A stretch of DNA of 62,183 nt from an uncultured Alphaproteobacteria bacterium (GTDB lineage: Bacteria > Pseudomonadota > Alphaproteobacteria > UBA828). Under the pieces are notes generated by a model that was given only the letters and a program-made list of their open reading frames with translations, searched no databases and was not told where the DNA came from. The position numbers and the translations under genes were made by a program. Below, piece by piece: positions 29,421 through 38,348 of this stretch. Numbering within the stretch: position 1 is the stretch's first letter; the number at the start of each line of letters is the position of its first letter. Location of the stretch: contig CAJXFT010000002.1 in the NCBI GenBank assembly GCA_913053235.1, positions 1 through 62,183 of the forward strand, in the 5' to 3' direction.

Positions 29421-30599
29421 ATGAAAATATTAAAGCTAATGAGTGTGATTGCCTTCGGAGCGGCGATCGCATTTGGAATACTGACGCAAGACACGACGTC
29501 GGCCCAAGCGGAAGATAATTGGTGGCCGGCAAAAGTACAGGTTTACAGCCCGTCCTGCACGGACGGCGATACCGCTTGCTGGGCCGTCGCCCAGGCGGCC
29601 GGTCTCGAGATCGTCGATTACGTGCCGCTGATGAAGGCGGACGCGAAACATCATATCTGCGTCTCGTTCCCCCATCTAAAGGATTCCTATTGGGTCGGGG
29701 CGGCGTATGGGATCATCGAGGAAGGCAAACGCCTGGGTCAGAAAATCACCCTGGTGGAAGCCGCCGGCTATGTGAACCTCGAAAAGCAGCTTGCACAAGT
29801 CGAAGACTGCATCGCCAACGGCGCCGACGCACTCGTGGTATCGGCGATCTCCGGTGACGGCAATGCCAAGCAGATCGACGAGATTCGCGCCAAAGGCATT
29901 CCGGTCATCGACCTGATCAACGGCGTCAACACCGAAGTCGATGCGAAATCCTTGATGAGCTACTACTCGATGGGCTATGGCTCCTGCAAGTGGGTGGCCG
30001 ACAAGCATCCCGCCGGCAGCGGCAAAGTGAAGATCGCCTGGTTCCCCGGACCTCCGGGAGCTGGTTGGTCGGTTGGCGGCAACGATGGCTGCAACGATGC
30101 CGTCAAGGGCAGCGATGTCGAGATCGTTCAAACCAAATGGGGCGATACCGGCAAGTCGGTCCAGCTCAAACTGGTCGAGGACGTGATCCAATCCCAGACT
30201 GTCGGAGACACGGTAGACCTCAACTATATCGTCGGCGTTGCTCCGGCGATCGAGGCCGCCATCGCGACCGTGCGAGAACTCGAACTGACGGATCAAATCA
30301 AGCTGGTATCCTATTATTACACTCCGGGCATGCACATGTTCATCGGCCGCGGATCCGTGGCAATGGCGCCGACCGATCAAATGATCCTTCAGACGCGCAT
30401 CTCCATTGACCAAGCGGTTCGGGCGCTCGAGGGCAAGGGCCCGGCAACGGGCGGACGCCCCGAGTACAACGATACCGGCCGCACGATCGAGCATGTGCAG
30501 CCGGTGATGTTCAACGTAACGCCCGAGAACATCGGGGAATTCGACACCAGCACCACGTTGGCGCCCAAGGGTTGGACACCCTCATTCACCGTTGATTAA
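29421..30599 (+). CDS. Periplasmic substrate-binding protein, TorT-family (Peripla_BP_4 type)
   Basis: 392 aa. Signal peptide MKILKLMSVIAFGAAIAFGILTQDTTSAQA. The blocks ICVSFPHLKDSYWVGAAYG, ITLVEAAGY, QVEDCIANGADALVV and MAPTDQMILQTRISIDQAVRALEG closely resemble E. coli TorT as I recall it (YPSLKDSYW, VLEAGGY, AASDQMVWQG). Confidence 0.8.
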   Translation: MKILKLMSVIAFGAAIAFGILTQDTTSAQAEDNWWPAKVQVYSPSCTDGDTACWAVAQAAGLEIVDYVPLMKADAKHHICVSFPHLKDSYWVGAAYGIIEEGKRLGQKITLVEAAGYVNLEKQLAQVEDCIANGADALVVSAISGDGNAKQIDEIRAKGIPVIDLINGVNTEVDAKSLMSYYSMGYGSCKWVADKHPAGSGKVKIAWFPGPPGAGWSVGGNDGCNDAVKGSDVEIVQTKWGDTGKSVQLKLVEDVIQSQTVGDTVDLNYIVGVAPAIEAAIATVRELELTDQIKLVSYYYTPGMHMFIGRGSVAMAPTDQMILQTRISIDQAVRALEGKGPATGGRPEYNDTGRTIEHVQPVMFNVTPENIGEFDTSTTLAPKGWTPSFTVD

Positions 30600-30656
30600 G
30601 GGCCGACGAGACAGCGACTTAGATAAGATAATAAGACTGACGAGGGTATAAATTAG

Positions 30657-32276
30657 GTGCCGCAAGCGTCAGTCGTTAACGGGACTGCGTCCCCGGAGCA
30701 TCCAAGCTCCGGGGACGTTATCCTGAAAATGGAAAACATCTCCAAGCAATTTCCGGGGACGCTGGCGCTCGACCGGGTGACCATGGACGTCCGCGCCGGC
30801 GAAGTCCATGTGCTGTTCGGCGAGAACGGCGCCGGCAAATCGACCATGATTCAAATAATCGCCGGGGTTTACCGGCAGACCTCGGGAACCATTCACTTCA
30901 AGGGAGAGCCGGTTTCGATTCACTCCGTACAGCATGCGCGCGGGCTGGGCATGAGCGCGGTCTTTCAGGAATTCTCGCTGGTGCCGGAGTTGAGCGTCGA
31001 AGACAATTTGTTTCTCGGCTCCGAACTGACGCGCGGCCCGATGCTGCGCAAGGCGACATTGCGCAAGCAAGCCAGAGAGACCCTTGACCGCCTGGGCTTC
31101 CCGTTAAAACCCAGCAAGATCGTCCTCTACCTTTCGCGCGCCGAACAGCAAATGGTCGAAATTGCCAAGGCGTTCCGCACCAAGCCGGCCATCATGATCT
31201 TCGACGAGCCGACCGCCTCGCTCACCGAGCGCGAAACGGAGCGGCTGTTTCAATTGATCGAACAATTGAAGACGGAAGGCATCGGGATCATCTATATCAC
31301 CCACCGAATGAACGAGATCAAGCGCATCGGCGATCGCATCACGGTGCTGCGCGACGGCAAGTTCATCGACACGATTCCGGTGGCGGAGGCGAGCGATCAA
31401 AAGCTCGTCGAATTGATGACCGGACGCGTCATCGATCAGATTTTTCCGGCGATAAAGAAGCACGCCGGTGACGAGTTGTTGAATATCGAAAACCTCAACA
31501 TCACCGGCGACAATGCGGTTCACAATGCCTCGATCCATGTGCGCCGGGGCGAAGTGGTGGGCCTCGCGGGCCTGGTAGGCTCGGGAAAATCGAGCATCGG
31601 GCGCGCCTGTTTCGGGCTTGAACATATTGTCGGCGGCAAGATCACCTATGACGGCGACGTTGTGTTTGACCGTGCGTCCCGCGTCAACAGGCTCGGCCCC
31701 CGGCGGATGTTGGATCGCGGTTTGTATTACCTTCCTTCCAACCGGCGCGCCGAGGGCCTGGTGATGTTGCAGAACGTGCGCGAGAATCTCTCGCTCGCGT
31801 CGCTTGGACTGCCGGCTTTCTCAAACAAGCTGTTTCTCAAGAAAAGGAGCGAGCGCGCCGAGGCCAAGAAGGTCGCCGACCGGCTCGACCTGATTCCGCC
31901 CAACATCGAGCGCGACCTCGAACATTTCTCGGGCGGCAATCAACAAAAGGTCATGGTCGGCAAGTGCCTGGTCAGGGATGTCAAGCTCTTCGTCTTCGAT
32001 GAACCAACCGTCGGCGTGGATGTCGGCGCGCGCGTCTCGATTTACGAGTTTATTCGGGATCTGTGCGAAGCGGGGGCGGGGATATTGCTGATTTCCTCGG
32101 ATCTGCCCGAGATCCTGCACCTCACCCACCGCACATATGTCATGTACCGCGGCGACATTCGTGCCGAACTCGACAAATCGGAAATTAACGAAGCCTCTGT
32201 ATTGAATCACTTCTTCGAAAAGGGCGACGAGATTACGGAACGCATCCAACACGAAAAATCGGGAGAGCCCTTATGA
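30657..32276 (+). CDS. Sugar-type ABC transporter ATP-binding protein (duplicated ABC domains, RbsA-like)
   Basis: 539 aa. GTG 30657, with ATG 30729 as an alternative start. Walker A GENGAGKST and GLVGSGKSS. Signatures LSRAEQQ and FSGGNQQKV. Walker B IMIFDEPT and LFVFDEPT. Confidence 0.9.
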   Translation: MPQASVVNGTASPEHPSSGDVILKMENISKQFPGTLALDRVTMDVRAGEVHVLFGENGAGKSTMIQIIAGVYRQTSGTIHFKGEPVSIHSVQHARGLGMSAVFQEFSLVPELSVEDNLFLGSELTRGPMLRKATLRKQARETLDRLGFPLKPSKIVLYLSRAEQQMVEIAKAFRTKPAIMIFDEPTASLTERETERLFQLIEQLKTEGIGIIYITHRMNEIKRIGDRITVLRDGKFIDTIPVAEASDQKLVELMTGRVIDQIFPAIKKHAGDELLNIENLNITGDNAVHNASIHVRRGEVVGLAGLVGSGKSSIGRACFGLEHIVGGKITYDGDVVFDRASRVNRLGPRRMLDRGLYYLPSNRRAEGLVMLQNVRENLSLASLGLPAFSNKLFLKKRSERAEAKKVADRLDLIPPNIERDLEHFSGGNQQKVMVGKCLVRDVKLFVFDEPTVGVDVGARVSIYEFIRDLCEAGAGILLISSDLPEILHLTHRTYVMYRGDIRAELDKSEINEASVLNHFFEKGDEITERIQHEKSGEPL

Positions 32277-33301
32277 CCGACGCCAGCCACCAATCGCAAG
32301 AAAGCCTGCTTGCAAAAATCGAGCAGAGGGCGGCTGTCGTTTTCGTCAGGGGGGGCGTGCTTCCGTGGTTTCTGATCCTGGCGATCCTGGTGTTCTGGCT
32401 TTCCACCGACAATTTCCTGTCGGGCAGAAATATCCTTACCATGCTGCGCCAGGCGACTTATCTGACCATGGTTTCGATGGCGCAGATGGTCGTTCTTCTG
32501 ACCGCCGGGCTGGACCTCTCGGTCGGTGTCATGTTCGCCATCACCTCGGTGATCTCGTCGATGGTGATGGTCGGCGTGTGGTCGGGCGAAGGCGCGGGCT
32601 GGGGCGCGATCGCTCTGGGATGCGCCGCCGGCATGGGCGCCGGCACGCTGGTCGGCGTCGGTAATGGCATCGGTGTCGCAATCTTTCGCGTGCCGCCCTT
32701 CATGATGACGCTTGCCATGTCGTCGATCGTCTTCGGTGTCGCCTTGACCATCACCGGTGGGACGCCGATCTACGGTATGCCGAGCGATTTCGCCGAAGTC
32801 TTCGGTTACGGCAAGTTCATTTCGGTCCCCGTTCCGATCTGGTTGACCATCGCCTTCATCATCCTGATGTACATATTTATCAATTGGAGCCGGATGGGAC
32901 GCTACCTCTATGCGCTCGGCGGCAATCTGAAAGCGTCCCAGCTTTCGGGCATCAACACCCGGCTCTACCTGTTCCTGGCATATGTGGTGTGCGCGGCGAT
33001 CACGACCTTCGCCGCGTTAATGCTGACGGCGCGGCTGGAAAGCGGCGAATCGAACATCGGCGCCAACTACCCGCTGCTGTCGATTTCGGCCTGTGTGATC
33101 GGCGGCGTCAGCCTATTTGGCGGTACCGGGCGGTTGCCCAACGTGGTGCTGGGCGCGATATTTATTATTTTGGTGCAAAACGGCATGAATTTATTACGCA
33201 TCAATTCTTACTTGCAAATGGTGGTGATCGGGTTATTGCTTATTCTCGCCGTTATCGGCGACAATTACCGGCAAAAGGTCATGCTGACACTACGCGACTG
33301 A
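32273..33301 (+). CDS. ABC transporter permease (RbsC/AraH-like, BPD_transp_2)
   Basis: 342 aa, about 9-10 TM helices. 4-nt overlap with the ATPase gene. Conserved TGGTPIYG / GGNLKASQLSGIN region. Confidence 0.9.
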   Translation: MTDASHQSQESLLAKIEQRAAVVFVRGGVLPWFLILAILVFWLSTDNFLSGRNILTMLRQATYLTMVSMAQMVVLLTAGLDLSVGVMFAITSVISSMVMVGVWSGEGAGWGAIALGCAAGMGAGTLVGVGNGIGVAIFRVPPFMMTLAMSSIVFGVALTITGGTPIYGMPSDFAEVFGYGKFISVPVPIWLTIAFIILMYIFINWSRMGRYLYALGGNLKASQLSGINTRLYLFLAYVVCAAITTFAALMLTARLESGESNIGANYPLLSISACVIGGVSLFGGTGRLPNVVLGAIFIILVQNGMNLLRINSYLQMVVIGLLLILAVIGDNYRQKVMLTLRD

Positions 33302-33395
33302 TGAAAAGATGATTTCGGTCATGATATAGTGCGACAGCGCGGACGTGACGCGCCGACGGGAGAGGACATCGCATACCAATTTGAGGGAGGCGGCT

Positions 33396-33821
33396 ATGAT
33401 ACCCAACATTCCCGAGAAAACCGGCATTCAAGAGAATCGCGGCCACACGCTAACCGACGACTTCATCACCCGAACCTACGTCCTGCCGCTGCTCACCGAT
33501 CCGGAATCCAAAGCCCGGCTCGTAGCGGAGCACAAGAACAATCCGATCGGCGTGCCGGGCAAGGCGGGAAAGGCGGCTGTCGGCCATAGCGAAGACCTGA
33601 TTCGGGTGATCGACAAGCTGCGGCGCCAGCCAATGCCCGGCAAATATGTGCGGGTGTGCGTAAATCCGCACGAGGGCTATTGCATCGGTATCGTATCGGG
33701 TGTGCGCGGCCAGCCGGTGGAAATACTGCGCGACGAGACCTATCCGAGCGAGGACGCGTGTGAACACGCAATTTTCGTGCGCCGGGTCGCCAATCTTTTG
33801 GCCGCCTACGGCTTCGACTAG
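33396..33821 (+). CDS. Small protein in the position and size of the N,N-dimethylformamidase small (alpha) subunit; paralog of 36324-36707
   Basis: ATG 33396 follows GAGGGAGG (MIPNIPEKTG...), 141 aa. Lies directly upstream of the DMFase-like large subunit. The C-terminal half (PGKYVRVCVNPHEGYCIGIV..PVEILRDETYPSEDACEHA) aligns with the downstream 127-aa protein. Confidence 0.5.
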   Translation: MIPNIPEKTGIQENRGHTLTDDFITRTYVLPLLTDPESKARLVAEHKNNPIGVPGKAGKAAVGHSEDLIRVIDKLRRQPMPGKYVRVCVNPHEGYCIGIVSGVRGQPVEILRDETYPSEDACEHAIFVRRVANLLAAYGFD

Positions 33822-33930
33822 GCGCCTTTGCCGCGGTCAAGCCGCGCCACGCCACTACGACTTATGAGACAAGCCAGTCGGCGCCGGGGGATGACCCGGT
33901 GCTGAACTGGAACATAAAGGGAGGTAAGTC

Positions 33931-36282
33931 ATGTTGCGGATTACTGGATACAGCGATCGCTATGCGTTATGCCCCGGCGAAGAGATCAGGTTCTACATCA
34001 ATTCCGAGCAGGGCGAGAGCTATCGCGCCGACATTGTTCGCATGATTCACGGAGACACCAATCCGGCCGGCCCGGGCTTCAAGGTGGAAGAACTCGACAC
34101 GCCGGTGAGCAAGGAATATGCCGGGCGCAATCAGATCATTCATGGCGGCTCCTACGCGGTGGTGCCACACCACCACCGGATGAACGTCGAGAGCTTCACC
34201 CTGCAGGCGTTTATTTTTCCAACCACGCCCGACAAGGGCGTCCAAGGCGTTTTGAGCAAATATGTCGGGACGGCGGGCTACGGCCTCTTTATCGACGAGA
34301 ACGCCAACCTGGCGTTGTGGATCGGCGACGGCAACGGCAAGGTCGAGAAGATCGCCAGCGGAAGCCCGCTGCTGCGCAAGGTGTGGTATCTCGCCGCCGC
34401 CTCCTACGATGCCGCGAGCGGCCAGGTGCGGCTCTATCAGGAGCCCGTCGTGACCTCGGCCAATGGCGGCCTGGGCATGGCGTTGCTGCACCCGGCCGAG
34501 GAGACCGCATCCGTTGTCGAGGGCCGCTCGGCCGTCGCACCAGGCGCCAACGATGCGCCCCTGGTAATGGCGGCGCGCACCGAGGTTGCAAAGTCCGGGC
34601 GCTCGATCTTCGGCGCCCACTTCAAAGAAGCGCGCAGCCCGATCGAGCTGCCCCAGCAGGCGGACGTCTACAACGGCAAGATCGATCGCCCGCGCCTCGC
34701 CGCCCGGGCGCTCGACAAGAGCGAGATCGACGCGCTGGCGCGCGGCTTCAAGACCTGCCCGGCGGCGCTCCGCCGGAGCGTTGTCGGGGCTTGGGACTTC
34801 CACGCCAACATCACCAACAACATCGCCTCGACGCAAATTATCGACGTCTCGCCGAGCGTGCTGCACGGCCACGTCGTCAATCTGCCGGCGCGCGGCATGA
34901 CCGGCTACAACTGGACCGGCGACGAGATCGTCTATCATCATGCGCCCGAGGAATATGGCGCCATCCATTTTCACGACGACGACATCGACGATGCGCGCTG
35001 GGAGGTGGATTTCAGCTTCACCGTGCCCAAGGGCACCAAGAGCGGCGCCTATGCGGCGCGGCTGCGCGTCGGCGGCGAGAGCTCGGCCGAGACGGAGGAT
35101 TTCATCACTTTCTTCGTGCGCCCGCCGCAGGGCACCGCGACCGCCAAGGTCGGCCTGATCATTCCGACCTCAAGCTATCTGGCCTATTCCAACGACAACC
35201 TGGCGACCAATTCCGTGGTCGCCGAGCTGCTCGCCGGCAAGGTGCCGATCATGCAGGCCTCCGATCTCTATCTCAACGAACACCGCGAATACGGCCTGTC
35301 GACCTATTCGCTGCATTCGGACGGCAGCGGGGTGTGCTATTCCTCACGTCTCAGGCCAATCCTCAACATGCGGCCCAAATATCGCCACTGGCTGTCGCCC
35401 TCGCTGTGGCAGCTCAACGGCGATCTGCATCTGACCGACTGGCTGGAGCAAAAGGGCATCGATTTTGACGTGCACACGGACGAGGAACTCGACCGCGAAG
35501 GGCTCGATCTGCTCAAGCGCTATCCCGTCGTGCTGACCGGCAGCCATCCGGAATATTCCTCGGAGAAGATGGTCGACGCCTACGAGGCCTATCAGCAGCA
35601 GGGCGGGCGCTGGCTCTATCTCGGCGCCGACGGCTTCTATTGGATCACCGAATACCATCCCGACAACAGCAACATCATCGAAGTGCGCAAGGGCGAGGCC
35701 GGGACGCGCGCCTGGACGGCGAATCCGGGCGAATACAACAACGCCTTCGACGGCAAGTATGGCGGCATGTGGCGCGCCCGCGGGCGTATTCCGAGCAAAG
35801 TGTGCGGCCTTACATTCACCGCCTACGGCTTCGACGTCTCGTCCTATTACCGGCGCGACACCGATAGTTTCCGCCCCGAATGCGAATGGATGTTCGAAGG
35901 TATCGGCGATGAAGAGATTATCGGCGATTTTGGCCTCGTCGGCGGCGGCGCCGCCGGGCTCGAGCTCGACCGCTACGATCTCGAATTCGGCACGCCGCAC
36001 AATGCCTATCTGCTGGCGCACTCCGAGGGCCACACCGATCTCATGCTGCAAGTCAACGAGGAGATTCATTTCAGCGTGCGCGGCTACTATGGCGGCGGCG
36101 ACGAGAACCCGATGATCCGGGCCGACATGATCTACTACAAGACGCCCAACGGCGGCGCGGTGTTCGCTCCCGGCTCGCTCGCCTGGTGCGGCAGCCTGTC
36201 GCACGACAATTACGACAACAATGTCTCGCGCCTCATGGAGAACGTCATCCGAGGCTTCCTGCGGGAGGGCCCGCTGCCATAG
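33931..36282 (+). CDS. N,N-dimethylformamidase large (beta) subunit-like amidohydrolase
   Basis: 783 aa. The blocks RITGYSDRYALCPGEEIRFYI, IVRMIHGDTNPAGPGFK, YGAIHFHDDDIDDARWEVDFSFTVPKG, FFVRPPQGTATAKVGLIIPTSSYLAYSN, YGLSTYSLHSDGSGVCYSSRLRPILNMRPKYRH, VVLTGSHPEYSS, GLVGGGAAGLELDRYDLEFGTP and SLSHDNYDNNVSRLMENV match my recollection of DmfA2-type proteins (about 760 aa). Contexts for the 2-Tyr-1-Glu iron site are present. Confidence 0.72.
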   Translation: MLRITGYSDRYALCPGEEIRFYINSEQGESYRADIVRMIHGDTNPAGPGFKVEELDTPVSKEYAGRNQIIHGGSYAVVPHHHRMNVESFTLQAFIFPTTPDKGVQGVLSKYVGTAGYGLFIDENANLALWIGDGNGKVEKIASGSPLLRKVWYLAAASYDAASGQVRLYQEPVVTSANGGLGMALLHPAEETASVVEGRSAVAPGANDAPLVMAARTEVAKSGRSIFGAHFKEARSPIELPQQADVYNGKIDRPRLAARALDKSEIDALARGFKTCPAALRRSVVGAWDFHANITNNIASTQIIDVSPSVLHGHVVNLPARGMTGYNWTGDEIVYHHAPEEYGAIHFHDDDIDDARWEVDFSFTVPKGTKSGAYAARLRVGGESSAETEDFITFFVRPPQGTATAKVGLIIPTSSYLAYSNDNLATNSVVAELLAGKVPIMQASDLYLNEHREYGLSTYSLHSDGSGVCYSSRLRPILNMRPKYRHWLSPSLWQLNGDLHLTDWLEQKGIDFDVHTDEELDREGLDLLKRYPVVLTGSHPEYSSEKMVDAYEAYQQQGGRWLYLGADGFYWITEYHPDNSNIIEVRKGEAGTRAWTANPGEYNNAFDGKYGGMWRARGRIPSKVCGLTFTAYGFDVSSYYRRDTDSFRPECEWMFEGIGDEEIIGDFGLVGGGAAGLELDRYDLEFGTPHNAYLLAHSEGHTDLMLQVNEEIHFSVRGYYGGGDENPMIRADMIYYKTPNGGAVFAPGSLAWCGSLSHDNYDNNVSRLMENVIRGFLREGPLP

Positions 36283-36323
36283 GAAAGGCGGCCAAGCGAA
36301 CGATAAGAGGCGAATGAGAGGAC

Positions 36324-36707
36324 ATGTCGGACAAAACGCGTAGCTCGCCGATGGCGCTTGCCAAGACGCCGCCCGGCAAGGCCATGATGCCGACCCGGGC
36401 GCAATCGGCGAGCGCGCTGGAGCAGGCGCTCTTGGGCGAACTCGACCGTGAAAAGCTCAGCGACCTCGCCAAGGTGCTGTTCACCTTGAACAATCGACGG
36501 CACGGCCCGATACCGGGCTTCTATGTCGTGGTGTGCACCAAGGCGGAGGAAGAGTGGTGCGTCGGCCAGCTCTGCGCCGACAGCGAAAAGCCGCTGATGT
36601 TGCTCGAGGACAGGCTCTACGATTCGCCTGAAGCCGCCCAAGCCGCCGCCGAACGCCTCAAGGCCGCGCATCCCGCTTCGGATCAGCCGGGCTATTCCAT
36701 ATTGTAG
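36324..36707 (+). CDS. Small protein, divergent paralog of the putative DMFase small subunit
   Basis: 127 aa. The segment LSDLAKVLFTLNNRRHGPIPGFYVVVCTKAEEEWCVGQLCADSEKPLMLLEDRLYDSPEAAQAAA aligns by eye with 33396-33821. Shared residues: RR, PG.YV.VC, C.G, P...L.D..Y.S..A. Confidence 0.5.
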   Translation: MSDKTRSSPMALAKTPPGKAMMPTRAQSASALEQALLGELDREKLSDLAKVLFTLNNRRHGPIPGFYVVVCTKAEEEWCVGQLCADSEKPLMLLEDRLYDSPEAAQAAAERLKAAHPASDQPGYSIL

Positions 36708-36721
36708 AAGGGAGACGTCAC

Positions 36722-37126
36722 ATGAGTACCAACGAGCAGTTCGAAAGCGTCGTCGACAATTATTACAACGGCATGTATCGGGGCGATCCGGAACTGATCC
36801 GCAAGGCGTTCCACCCCGAGGCCAGGCTCCAGGGCGTTATGGCGGGCCGATCCTTCTACGGTTTGACGCGGGACAACTTCTGTAAATTTGTCACCCTCAT
36901 GCCGACGCCGGCCGACAAGGACGATCCCCACGATGTCAAGTTCGAGGTCCTCGATCTGACCGGGGCGCAGGCGGCACTCAAAATAACCGACTATGTTTTC
37001 GGCGTTTGGTTTGTCGACTATCTCAGCCTGCTGAAAACCGAAGACGGCTGGAAGGTCGTCAACAAGACCTATTATGCCGACGAAATGCCGGAGGCTCCCG
37101 AGGCCGCCGCCAAATTGCTTGGCTGA
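36722..37126 (+). CDS. NTF2-like (SnoaL/lumazine-binding-like) family protein
   Basis: 134 aa. VVDNYYNGMYRGDPELIRKAFHPEARLQG...FVDYLSLLKTEDGWKVVNKTY is a typical cone-shaped alpha+beta NTF2-fold signature. Confidence 0.6.
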   Translation: MSTNEQFESVVDNYYNGMYRGDPELIRKAFHPEARLQGVMAGRSFYGLTRDNFCKFVTLMPTPADKDDPHDVKFEVLDLTGAQAALKITDYVFGVWFVDYLSLLKTEDGWKVVNKTYYADEMPEAPEAAAKLLG

Positions 37127-37176
37127 ACCGATGTCGGCAGCTCGCTTCGCGCCGGGGGCTCGTCTTACAACCCCGC

Positions 37177-38190
37177 TCAGACGTGCGGCGCCACCTGCTC
37201 CATAAGGATCCGCATCGACTTCCGCACCAGTTCGCTCGGCATTCCGACGAACTGGATGTGGGCGACGAAATGGGTAATGCCGATCTCCTTGTACTCCTTC
37301 AGGGCCTCGATGCAGTGCTCAGGCCCGCCGCACACGAAGCGGTCCCTGACGATGTCGTCGAGCAGGTCGGTGCGATCGGGCGGGATGATGTTGCCCTCGT
37401 CGTCGACCAGGTGGCTCCAGGAGAGGTACTTGGCGAACTCCTCGCGCATGCCCTTGCCGGCCTCCTCCCAGGCCTTCTCGTCCGTGTCCGAAACGTAGAA
37501 CTCGCGCCAGATTCCGATCTCGGCGCGCTCGGGATCGCGGCCGGCCGTGGCATATTCCTCGTGAAAGGCCTTGGCGTTGCGGCGAATGATGGCCAGCGTC
37601 TGCTTGGGGTCGGCGAACCATCCGTCTCCCACCCGGCCGGCGAGGCGGACCGCGGGCTCGTTCTCTCCGGAGATCCAGATCGGCGGGTTCGGCTTCTGCA
37701 GCGGCTTCGGCCGCAAGGTGACGTCGCTGAGCTGCCAGAAGCGCCCGTCATAGTTCACATGGTCCTCGGTCCACAGCTTGCGGATGATCTCGGCGCCCTC
37801 CCGGGTTCGCGGCCGGCGTTCCTTGCGCTCGATGCCGAAGCCGGCGAACTCCTCCGCCCGGAACCCTTGGCCCATCGCGAAGTTGAGGCGGCCATTCGAG
37901 AGGATGTCGAAAACGGCGCCGTCCTCGGCGACGTGGATGGGATTGTAGCCGAGCGGAAACAGCAGAATCCCGGGGCCGATCCGGATCTTCTTGGTGTGCG
38001 CGGCGAGGAAGGAGCAGGCGACGAAGGGAGACGGCAGGATGCCGTTCTCCTCGAAATGCTGCGACGACAGCTGCACGGTGGTCATGCCGAACTCCTCGGC
38101 GAACTGAATCTCTTCGAGAGCGGCCGCGAATCCGGCCTGGAAAGGCCGCCCAGGTTGGCTTCCGATCGTGTACGAGACTCCGAATTCCAT
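37177..38190 (-). CDS. LLM-class (luciferase-like) flavin-dependent oxidoreductase (paralog 2)
   Basis: ATG 38190 lies 8 nt after AAGGAG. The ORF-track GTG 38193 is an alternative start. Collinear similarity to 9412-10425, e.g. NPPIWISGENEPAVRLAGRVGDGWFADP versus HPPIWLASKAEGAVRQAARNSDAWFADP, and FYVSDTDEKAWEEA versus AYVADTDEQAWEEA. Confidence 0.85.
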   Translation of the reverse strand: MEFGVSYTIGSQPGRPFQAGFAAALEEIQFAEEFGMTTVQLSSQHFEENGILPSPFVACSFLAAHTKKIRIGPGILLFPLGYNPIHVAEDGAVFDILSNGRLNFAMGQGFRAEEFAGFGIERKERRPRTREGAEIIRKLWTEDHVNYDGRFWQLSDVTLRPKPLQKPNPPIWISGENEPAVRLAGRVGDGWFADPKQTLAIIRRNAKAFHEEYATAGRDPERAEIGIWREFYVSDTDEKAWEEAGKGMREEFAKYLSWSHLVDDEGNIIPPDRTDLLDDIVRDRFVCGGPEHCIEALKEYKEIGITHFVAHIQFVGMPSELVRKSMRILMEQVAPHV

Positions 38191-38219
38191 CACTTCGTCT
38201 CCTTGCCCCGCCCATTGAG

Positions 38220-38348
38220 TTACGATTGGCGAACACGCTCCGGCGTGAGCGGATAGCGGTCGACCTTGACCCCGCCGCAGGCATCCGAGACCGCGTTGGC
38301 GATTCAGGCGGGGGGGCGCGCGATCAAGCCGTCCTCGCCCGTGCCCTT
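38220..38348 (-). pseudogene. Remnant (C-terminal ~40 codons, frameshifted) of a fifth xanthine-oxidase-family Mo-binding large subunit
   Basis: The minus strand reads KGTGEDGLIARPPA (38348-38307), then a stop/frameshift at the G/C homopolymer run near 38303-38312, then IANAVSDACGGVKVDRYPLTPERVRQS* (38303-38220). Compare GVGEVGTIPPAAALANALCDAL...LPLTPESV in set 1. No upstream body of the gene is present. Confidence 0.65.
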
